Shown here: piece after piece, positions 50,499 to 61,600 of the stretch
Layout of the letters: the number at the start of each line of letters is the position of its first letter
Position numbering within the stretch: position 1 is the stretch's first letter
Source of the DNA: an uncultured Mycoplasmataceae bacterium
GTDB taxonomy: Bacteria > Bacillota_I > Bacilli_A > Mycoplasmatales > Mycoplasmoidaceae
DNA: 64,000 bases
NCBI GenBank assembly: GCA_947041945.1
Contig: CAMREV010000005.1
Location: forward strand, 3,501-67,500
Direction of reading: 5' to 3'
The notes under the pieces: generated by a model
What the model was told of the DNA's origin: nothing
Seen by the model: only the letters and a program-made list of their open reading frames with translations
Database searches by the model: none
Program-made: the position numbers and the translations under genes

Positions 50499-50783
50499 TT
50501 ACCTAAGAATAATATTAACATAGAAATCATTTATTTTAAGTTCTGAGCTTAAGATAAATAAAATTTCTTTTTTTAGAGAGTCAATCTCACCAATAATGTC
50601 TTTATTTAAATTTTCATTAATATAAATGTACATTTCATTATTATCATCTTTATTTAGAAATGAATCAATACTAATATTTTTATATTTATAATTTGAACTT
50701 TCAATATATTCTAAAATATACTTAGTAATTGAATCAACTTCAATATATATTGAGTCATTATTTTTATTAAATATTTTATACAT
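50499..50783 (-). CDS. Small Asp23/Gls24-like protein (position-based call)
   Basis: ORF 50499..50810. The ATG at 50783 gives an 8-nt overlap with the efp stop, and an alternative ATG lies at 50810. It occupies the slot between efp and nusB that Firmicutes fill with an Asp23-family gene. Confidence 0.45.
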   Translation of the reverse strand: MYKIFNKNNDSIYIEVDSITKYILEYIESSNYKYKNISIDSFLNKDDNNEMYIYINENLNKDIIGEIDSLKKEILFILSSELKINDFYVNIILR

Positions 50784-51348
50784 TTTTACTTCTTCCAATA
50801 TATTCACCATTGCTTGTGTTTATTATTACATTTTCACCAGTTTTAATGAATTGAGGAACATTTATTTCATAGCCAGTTTCAAGAACAGCTTTTTTTAGTG
50901 CAGCTTGTGCAGTGTTACCTTGAACTGCTTCTTCAGCAAACTCAATTTTTAATGTAACTTGATCAGGTAAGTATATTCCTAAAATTTCAGATTCATATAT
51001 CATTATGTTAAATTCTAAACCTTCAACTATAAAATTCTTTTCTCATTCAAGTTTGTTACTAGGAATTTCATATTGTTCAAAATTTTCTAAATCCATGAAA
51101 ATATAGTTAGAACCATCTACATAAGAAAAAGAACATTTCTTTTTTAATACATTTGCTTGCTCTAATTTTTCACCAGTTAATACTTCAACTGTAATTGATT
51201 GATTTCTAAGATTTTTAACTTTACACTTTACTATTCCTTCTCTCATTGCAGTTTTATTAAAAGAATTTTCTATTACTAAATAGATATTGTTTTTATATAA
51301 AAAAGTATGTCCAGGTCTTAGATCTTTTGCATGTATTATTTGTGCCAT
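50776..51348 (-). CDS. efp: Elongation factor P
   Basis: Pieces 51043..51348 and 50776..51003 share a frame joined by the TGA at 51043. It has an EF-P KOW-like N-terminus and ..VPQFIKTGE.. Confidence 0.95.
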
Positions 51349-51382
51349 TTTTTTTCCTTGTAGATATGCTATTCATATTATA

Positions 51383-51416
51383 AAATAAAAAATAAATAAT
51401 TACTATTGTAATTATT
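51383..51416 (-). terminator. Rho-independent terminator closing the coiled-coil two-gene unit
   Basis: The minus-strand RNA forms AATAATTAC-AATA-GTAATTATT (9 bp) followed by TATTTTTTATTTT. It overlaps the TAA of the 404-aa gene. The efp -10 (TATAAT, 51382..51377) follows. Confidence 0.55.
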
Positions 51417-52626
51417 TATCTAAATCTGCTTTTGTTATTTTTGGTGATTTATGTTCTACAATTTCAAAGAAATGAGATTGTTTTCTTTTTCTTCCATTAT
51501 CAAATTTTTTAACTGATTCAGTTCTTGGTGGGAATGGAGAAGGATTTTTAACTAATGGAGCTGCTGCTACTTTAGTTTCAGATACATTTAAATTATTGTT
51601 TAATAATTCTCTTAATCTTCTATTTTCTTCTTCTCTTAATTTTAATTCATTCGCAACATTATCAACTGGAGTAGACATTCTAATTCCTAATGGTTCAAGT
51701 CCTTTTTCTAAAGAAGAAATTCTTGTTTCATATTCATCTCTTAATAATTTTAAAGCTTTGTTGTTGATAATATCAGAAATATCATTTTCATTTACATGAG
51801 ATTTATTAATAACATTTTGAGATAATCTTCTAATTTCTTTTTCTTGAGCTTCAATTATGTTAGTTAACTCAACTAATCTTTGATTATTTGCTAATCAAGC
51901 TTTTTGAGTAACTTCAGATTGGCTGTTTAATTTAGATACTTCATCTAAAGCAAGTTTTTTACTTTCATTTTCGATGAATGAACTTATATCATCTTTTGTA
52001 TAAGTTTGTATCCCATCTGCAGCTCTTATTTTCACAATTTTTGTTTTTGGTAGCTCACCATTAAAGTAGTCGTATTTCATATCTTCATCTCCGTTTTTAT
52101 ATTCGTAAATTCCATCATCCTCTAATGAAAGATTTTTTTTTTGGAATTCTTCTTCTCAATTTAAATTATAATGCAATGGTTTATTATTTTTTAAGAAATC
52201 TTTAGAATCATTAGTTAATTCATTTCTATTAACAAAGTTTAATTCTTCTTCAAGAAAAGAGTCAATATTCATATTAACTTTTTTCAAATTATCTTTAAAT
52301 AATAATTTTGACTTTTCTTGAATTCTATTACTAGAATCTTCTAAACCATTTGAGTTAGGATTTTCTAATTGAATTAATCTATTTTCTATTGAAGAAAATG
52401 ACTCTTTATTTTCCATAAAATTTCTATCAATTTTATTCGATAAGTAATCTAGATTGATTATTAGTTTTTCATAAATATTGTTAATATTGCTATCCAAATT
52501 TGTCATGAAATTATCTAGTTCGTTATCAGAAAAATTTTTAGAGTCAATTTGATTATCACCAGATAAATGAATATCAAATTTTTCTTTGTTCAATAAGTTA
52601 GAAATATATTGACTTCTGTATCTCAT
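51412..52626 (-). CDS. 404-aa coiled-coil protein, paralogous to the modules of the upstream giant gene
   Basis: Pieces 52156..52626, 51895..52080 and 51412..51678 share a frame. The junctions at 52156 and 51895 are TGA, and I found no in-frame TAA/TAG between them. It has an ATG with an AAGGA SD, a true TAA at 51412, and the boundary motif ..QKAW-LANNQRLVEL.. Confidence 0.7.
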
Positions 52627-52666
52627 TTTTTTTCCTTAAATTTTCTTAAGCACTATATTATATTGA

Positions 52667-55600
52667 TTATAGCAATCTTTTCTTATGATTTGCTATTAAT
52701 TTTTCGATTGCTTCTTTTTCTTTTTGATTAAGATTTGCATCTTTTTGACTTGTATTAATTTGATTAGCTTCTTTGAAACCTTTTTCATGTTCAATAATGA
52801 TATCTTCTAGTAAAGATATTCTTTGAACATTTTTTAATCAAGCTCTATGTGATTTATTTAATTCAGAATTGTTTTCTTCAAAAATTTTCACAAATGTTCT
52901 TAATTCTGCAGCAATAATTTCTTCTGAATATTTTAAAATTAATTTTTTAATTTCTTCTTTATCTTTTAAATTATCATCAATTTTGAAATCAATATTTTTT
53001 AAAGTCTCATCAATTCTTTTGTGAAGATTTACATCAATTTCATTAGTTATTTGAAGTATTTCTTTGTAAAGATTTTCTGCTGAAATTTCTTGTTTTTTAG
53101 TAATTTCATTTATTTGATTTGAAATAAAAGTATTTTCACTTTCAATTGAACTTATTTCACTTTCTAATTTTGAAATGTTTTCATTAATTTTTGAAATATC
53201 ACTATTTTCACCAATATTAGATAGTAAATGTGTTTGTTTTTCAATTTGTTGTTCTAATTCTGATATTTTTTTATTATTAATAACTCATAAATTGTAAACT
53301 TTTTTAATTTCATTTGAAGAAGTATCAGCATATTTTTTAAGATCAATAATGTTATTATTGTTGAATGCAGAAATATTCATTACTTCATCAATTAAAGATT
53401 CAATTTTTAAATTACAATTTCAAATTTCATCAAATATTAATTGATTAATTTTCACATTCTTATTATTTAGTTTATGAATAATATTTTTAACTTCTTCTTT
53501 TATTTTTCTATCTTCTTCTGATAAAATTAAAAGTTCTTTTTTGAATGGTAGATTATTAATTTCTTTTGTAACAATACTATAAACTATTTCTTCAATAGAT
53601 TTAATAATGTCTGTTTCTTTAATAATTTTTCTTGGATCAAGATTTATAGAAATAGCATCAATTTTATTATCAATTTCATTAATAATTTCTTTAATGTTAT
53701 TTTCAAAATCTTTTTTGAAATTAAATAGATTATCTTCTAAAATTAAATTTTTATTTTTTAAAGATTCAATTTCATTATTAATAGATCCGTCCATTTCAAG
53801 AATATCTAATAAATTTTCTTGTAAAGAATTGTTTTTGTAATCTAAGCTATCGATATCATATCTTTGTTTTTCTAATTCATCTTTTAACATATTATCTAAT
53901 GATTTTAATTTTTCATTATTTAATAATCAGTCTTTTTGAATTCTTGATATCTCTTCTGAGATACTATCATTGATATGAGCAAGTTCATTTATTTTTTCTA
54001 AACCTTCTTTTTTATCAAATTTTTGATTAACATCTTCTACTAATTTTTGAATTCTTTCATTTGCTAATTCATAGTTGTTATTAACTAAGCTATGAATTAT
54101 ATCAATTGATTCTCTATTTTCGCTTATGTTAACTGTAGCATTTTCTAAAAATTCCATTGAATTTTTATATACTAAATCAACTTTAGAATTAAAGTCTTCA
54201 CCAATTTCTTTTTTAACATCAGAAACTAAATCATCCATTTTATTTACAAGAATAGTTTTTTGATTTTTAAGGTTTTTTTCAATTTTAGAATTATCCTTCA
54301 TGATTTCCATGATTTCAAATTTTAAATTTTCATCAACTTTAATTAACTCATCCATTTTTCTTTTTAAGTCTGGAGATGGTTCATAATCACTATTCATGTT
54401 AGTTAATTCACTTGATTGGTTTTCTAATAAATCTATGAAAGAAGTTAATTTGAAATTATTTAATAATCATAATTTTTTATTTTTTTCAATTTCATTATTT
54501 ACTGAAACATTAAGTTCTTTTAAGTCAGCAATTTTATGATCTAAATCAACACCAGAAACTTGAATATCAGAAGATAATTTTTCTTCTAATAATACAATGT
54601 TGTTATTGCAATTATTTAAGTCTTCACTTAAGAATTTATTCATATCTTCAAATTTAGATGCAGATTCTTCGCTAGCTACTCTTAAACTATCAACTAATTC
54701 CAATGTTTCTTTTAATAAGCAATCTATTTTTTCAGAGAAATCATCAGTTAAAGAATCAGATAAGTTTTTAATTTCTGTATCTATTTTATCACCAATTTCT
54801 CTTTCAATAGAGAACATTTTTTCATTTACATCAGATTCCATTGTTTTGATTCTGTCTTTAATTTTAGATTTTTCAGATAATAGTTTACTTTTGATTGAAT
54901 CAGTTTCAGAATATATAGATTCAATTTCTTCTTTTATATTTTTTTCAGATTCAAAAAGCTCTTGAATTCTATCAAATGATAAATTTCAAACTTCTTCACT
55001 ACTTCTACTTAATGATCTTAATTCTTCAGATTGAGATAATAATATTTCTTCTAGAGAAGTTAATTTCTTATTATTAGTTATTCATGAATCATAGATTTTT
55101 TTAATTTCATACATTGAAGTATCATTGTCTGATCTTAATTGTTCAACTTTTTCAACTAATGGTTTAAATTTAGGATCTTCTTCTGGAAGTAAATTAATTT
55201 GCTCATTAATTTCAAATAAATTATTATTTACTTCTAGAACGAAGCTATTAACTTCTTCTTTTAATTTGTTAATTTCTTCTGAGTTATTTTCAGCGAATGA
55301 ATGAACTTGGTTGATGATTTCTGTCATTTCAGAATATAGAGAAGAAATTTTTTCGTTGATATCTGTAGAAACTTTTGAAACCTTTTCATCAATTTCACTT
55401 GAAAGGATTTCTTTTGAAGCAGAAATTTCTTTAGATAAATCATTTTGTATTTCTTCAATTCTTTCAAGAACTTTTTCTTTTTCAGTTGTTAATTTTGTAT
55501 GAATAGCGTTAGTTTCAACATAGAATGATTCAATTTCTTCTTTTATAGTTTTTTCAGATTCAAAAAGCTCTTGAATTCTATCAAATGATAAATTTCAAAC

Positions 55601-58600
55601 TTCTTCACTACTTCTACTTAATGATCTTAATTCTTCAGATTGAGATAATAATATTTCTTCTAGAGAAGTTAATTTCTTATTATTAGTTATTCATGAATCA
55701 TAGATTTTTTTAATTTCATACATTGAAGTATCGTTGTCTAATCTTAATTGTTCAACTTTTTCAACTAATGGTTTAAATTTAGGATTTTCCTCTGGAAGTA
55801 AATTAATTTCCTCATTAATTTCAAATAAATTATTATTCACATCAACTACAAAAGTATTAACTTCTTCTTTTAATTTGTTAATTTCCTCTGCATTGTTTTC
55901 TGTGAATGCATTTATATCATGAATGATTTCTGAAATTTCAGAATATAAAGCTGTAATTTTTTCTTCAATTTCAGAAGATATCTTAGCAACTTTAGTATCA
56001 ATATCATTCATTACTTTTTCTTCAGAAGCATTTATTTCAGCTAATAATTTTTCCTCAGAGCTAATAATTTCAGCTAATACTTTTTCTTCAGAAGCATTGA
56101 TTCCTTTTAATAGATCATTGTTAATTAAATCTATCTTATTGTGAATTTTATCTTTTTCTTCAGTTAATTTATTTTTAATATCTTTATTTTCAGTATAAAT
56201 ATTTTCAATTTCTTCTTTTATAATTTTTTCAGATTCAAAAAGTTCTTGAATTCTATCAAGTGAAATATTTCAAACTTCTTCACTACTTCTACTTAATAAT
56301 CTTAATTCTTCAGATTGTGAAATTAATAGTTCTTCTAGAGAAGTTAATTTTTTATTATTATTTTTTCAAACATTTGTAATCTTTAAAATTTCTTTATTTG
56401 TGACTTCAGAGAATACTTTTAAATCATCGATTTCACTAATCATTTTTTGGAATCTTGGATCTTCTTCTGGTAATTTATTAACTAAGAAATCAATTTCAGA
56501 AATTTTAGAATCTACTGTCATTAAGCTTAGTCTTGTGAAACTATCTAAATTAGCAATTTCTTCTACCAATTCATTTTGTCCATCACTTAATTCATTAATA
56601 ATAGAAAGCATCTCTTGGTAAATTAAATCGATTTTCATTGCAGTGTCATTTTTAACATCTTCAATTTTCTTATCAGTTTCAGCTAAAACATTGCTTTCTA
56701 AATCACTAATAATATTTTGGATTTCATTTTTATCTTCATCAGTTTTTTGTAAAATTTTAATTTCAGATGAAGCTAAAATTTCTTTTAATTCACTTGCTTT
56801 TTCATTAAGAGCTTTTTTGTTTTTAGAAGATTCAATAATTATTTGGTTTTTAATTGTTTTGTTTTCTGTATAGATTTTCTCAATTTCTTCTTTTATTTTA
56901 TTTTCAGAAGTATGAAGTTCATGAATGAAATCATAAGCATCAGCTAAATTTCCTTCAGTGTAATCACCTAATTCAAGAATATCTTGACCTTGTTTATCTA
57001 GTTTTACTTTTAATGAATCTATCTTTTTATTGTTTTGTTTAATTAATTCAAAATTTTCTTGCATTTGATCAACTGATACTTCTGAGTATTCAAATAATTT
57101 TTTAATGTCTTCAGATATTGCAGTGAATTTTTCATTATGGTCAGGAATTGATTTAATTAAATTTTCTAATACTAACATTTCATCTTTATTACTTTGAATT
57201 TTGTTAGCAAAAGCTATTTCTACATCAGAAATTTTTTCTAATGTTGAAATATTTTCATAATGAATGCTTGAAATTTGTTCAATTAAGTCATAATTCATTT
57301 GCATTAATTTATCATCAATTTTTTCTTCAGATAAAACAATTTTAGAATCAATAACACTTTCTTGATCAGCAATCTTCTTATCTAGCTCAGAAGTTAATGC
57401 AACTAACTTTTCATTTAATTTTTCTTTGTTAGCTTCGATTTCATCTTTGAAACCTTTATTTTCGGTGTAAATTTTTTCAATTTCTTCTTTTATTTTATTT
57501 TCAGAAATATGAAGTTCATGAATTAAATCGTAAGCACCAGCTAAATTTCCTTCAGTGTATTCACCTAATGTAAGAATCTGTTGACCTTGCTTATCCAGTT
57601 TTACTTTTAATAAGTCTATTTTTTTATTGTTTTGTTTAATTGACTCAAAATTTTCTTGCATTTGATCAAATGATACTTCTGAGTTTTCAAATAATTTTTG
57701 AATGTCTTCAGATATTGCAGTGAATTTTTCATTATGGTCAGGAATTGACTTGATTAAATTTTCTAATACTAACATTTCATCTTTGTTGCTTTCAATTTTG
57801 TTAGCAAAAGCTATTTCTACATCAGAAATTTTTTCTAATGTTGAAATATTTTCATAATGAATGCTTGAAATTTGTTCAATTAAGTCATAATTCATTTGCA
57901 TTAATTTATCATCAATTTTTTCTTCAGATGAAACGATTTTAGAATCAATAACACTTTCTTGATCAGCAATCTTCTTATCTATATCAGAAGTTAGTGCAAC
58001 TAATTTTTCACTTAGTTTTTCTTTGCTAGCTTCGATTTCATCTTTGAAACCTTTATTTTCAGTGTGAATTTTTTCAATTTCTTCTTTTATAGTTTTTTCA
58101 GAATTAAATAATTCATGAATTCTATCAAATGAAGTTGAAATAGCACCTTCACTACTTGAAGCAATGAATTGAATTTCTTCTGATTGAGCAACTAATATTT
58201 TCTTTAAAGATTTACTTCTTTCTATATTCTTATTCAATTCATCATGTAAATGCATAATGTGGTCAGACTGTTCTTTATTTTCATCACTTAATCTTGCAAT
58301 AGCTTCAGTAACTTCAAGGTAGATAGGGTTATCTCTAGAAATTCCACCTCTGCTTTTTAAGTCTTCTATTTCAATTTGTAAATAATCAAAAGTTTTTAAA
58401 GTATCATTTTCAATAATTGAAATTTGTTGATTTAAATCTTGGTTATTTTCATTTAATTCATTAATTAAATTCATAACTTCATTATGAAGTGTAATTAATT
58501 TAGAATCGATGTTTGTATTGATTTCATCAATTTTTGAATCGGTATATGAAAGCATTTCAGATTCAGTTGAAGAAATTTTGTTTTCTAATTCTTCATTTAA

Positions 58601-61600
58601 GATTCTAATTTTGTTTTCTAAATTTTGTTTTTCTTCTGATAATTTTTTCTCTAATTTGCTGTTGATTGAATTAATTGAAAGTATTTCATTTTTGATTGAA
58701 CTCTCACTTTTATAAAGTTCTTCAGTTCTATTGAATAAATCACTGAAATTCATTTCAGAATTATTTACTAATGATAATATTTCCTGAGATTTATTTTCTA
58801 ATATTTTTTCTAAACTACTAATTTTTTCATTATTAGTTTTTCAAGCATCAATACAATCTCTTACTTCATTTGTAGTTTGGATTGTTGAAGTTTTGATTTC
58901 TCTAATAGTTTCAAAAAGTCTAGCAAATTTTTCATCATGTTCAGGATCTAAATGAGTGAAGTGTTCTAATTCAGCAATTTTTGAATTAACTTCAAATAAG
59001 TTTAATGAAACACCTTCATTAACAATTGATATTTCCTCAAAAGAAGTTTGGTTTTCTTTCTTCAATTCATCTATCATATTAATTGTTTCTTCATAAAGCT
59101 TGATCATTTTGTTATCAGTTTTTTCTGTAACTTTATTATCTAAATCAACAATCATAGTGTCGATGTTTGTAGAAACATCTTCAATTTTACTTTCTAGATT
59201 AGTTTTTTCTTCTTGTAATTTGCTTTCTAGTAAGCTGTTGCTTTTAAGAATTTGTTTAATTTGATCTTTTATTTTATTTTCATTTTCATATAGAACATTT
59301 ATTTTATCAAATGAATCATCAAAAGCCTCACCAGTTAATGATCTAAGGTTTTGAATTTCATTTGCTTGGTTACCTAAAACATCTTCAAGAATTTCTAATT
59401 TCTTATTATTTTCATATCATGAATTGTAGATGTCTTCAATTTTAGAAATTGCTTCAGTATTGAAACTTTTCATTTCATTTACTCTATCAATTAGATCATC
59501 AACTCTTTCATCTCTACTTGGATCAATTACAGTATTCTCAATTAAAACTTGTAGTTCTTCAATTTTTGTATTTGATTCATTTAATTTTTTTGAAAGATAT
59601 TTGTTTGTTTCTTCAATTTCAGCTCTTGTATTTTCGTTTTCAAATTGAATACTTGAAACTAATTCTAAAGTTTCATTATATAAAGCCTGAAGTTTTTCAT
59701 CAGTTTCTTGTTGAATTTTATTATCTAAGTTATCTAAGTTACTTAAAATATCATTAATTTCATGGTTAACAACTTCAATTTTATTTTCTAAGATTGAAGA
59801 ATTAGAATCTAATTGAGTTTCAAGTGTGATTATTTTTTCAGTTATTTCACCAGAAGTTTTTTCCATATGAGCAATAGATTCACCAGTTAAGTTATCTAAA
59901 TCATATTGAATTTTTTGATCAAATGAGTCAATTAATGAATGGAAGTCAGTATAAAGAATATTGATTTTTTCATCAATAGCTTCTTTTTCTGTTTCTAATG
60001 ATTTTTCAATTTTTTCATTATTTTCTCTAATAGTGTTTAATTCAACTTTGAATTCTTCACTTGTAGATTTTAAATCATCAATTTGTTTTAATGAAGCATT
60101 AATGTCCCTATGTTCACTACTTAAGTTCATTTTACTAATCTCTTTAGTATTGCTTAGGATTTTTTCTTTTAATGATTCAATTTTTTCATTATTTTCATCT
60201 CACATTAAATGAGTTTTTTTAATATCTTTTTTATGTTTTTCTATAGAGTCAAAAATATTTTCTATATTATGGGCATTTTCATCATAAATAGCAAATTGAT
60301 CACTAGAAAGTCTTCCCATTTGTTCATCAAAAGAATCGAATCTAGATTCAACAGACATAAATAGATCTTCAAATCTTCTTTGAGATTGGATCATTTCATC
60401 TATTATATCAGAAGTAATTTTATTCATTTCTTCCATTGATTTAGAAAGGTTTGTATTTCATTCACTAATTGATTCTTTATTTTTTTCATAGAAATCATCT
60501 TTTAGTTCAGTAACTTTATCTAGAAATTCTTTTCTAAGGTTCGCATATTTAGTTTCATTTTCAGAATGAGATTCTTCAATAGAAGACAAAATAAGTCTTT
60601 CACTTCTAGCAGAAGACTCAGCAATTTTATAATCTATTTCATTATCTCTATCATGAATAATATTCAAGATATTGTTTTCAAGATCATATAATTTGGCGTT
60701 GATTTCATAGTTGATTTGTTCTACTCTTTCGTAGATCATATCTAATTTAGATTCATCTATTCTTACAACCCTTTTATTATTTTTATAATTTTCCATTTCA
60801 TCACCTTCTACTTCTTCCCATTCATCCCAAGGAACTTCCTCTATATAATTTTGATTATTATTTAGTGTTTTTTTTGTTTCAACATTTGCATTTTGATTAT
60901 TGCTATTATTAATTATTAATTCTTTTAATCTTTCAATTTCATCATGATACTTGTCATTGTTATTGTCATTACCATTATTATTTTTTTGTTTGATCAGTTC
61001 CTTTAAGGAATTGATTTCATTTAAATAAGAATTATCTGAATTTTTATTTATTAAATCAAGTTCATTTTTGAATTGATTATTATTGACACCGACAATATCA
61101 TTTAAATTAAATAGCATTTCTTTTATATGGCTTATTTGCTCATTAATATAAGATAGTTGATCTTGAGATTCAGCGTTAAGGTTATATGTTTCATTTAATA
61201 TATGACTTGTGTTTTGATAATCATTATCAAGTAGTTCTTCTCTAAGTTGAGTAGCAACATTCATTATCTCATTTAAATTTTCATTATTGCTATATAGTAA
61301 TTCTTCTCTAAGGTTAACTAGTAGGTCATTGTATATTATTGAACTTTCATCGACTTTGTCTAATATAGTGTAATCCATATTAATTGAATCTTCACTAGTA
61401 AAGTGCATTCTATTCTCTAAATCATCAAGTCTATTATGCAATTCAGCTGTTTTGTATTCTGTGTTTTCTAGAATGTTATCATTGCTATATAGTAATTCAT
61501 CTCTCAATGTATGAAATGAATCATCAAGTTTATTATGCAATTCAGTTGTTTTGTATTCTGTGTTTTCTAGAATGTTATCATTGCTATATAATAGTTCATC

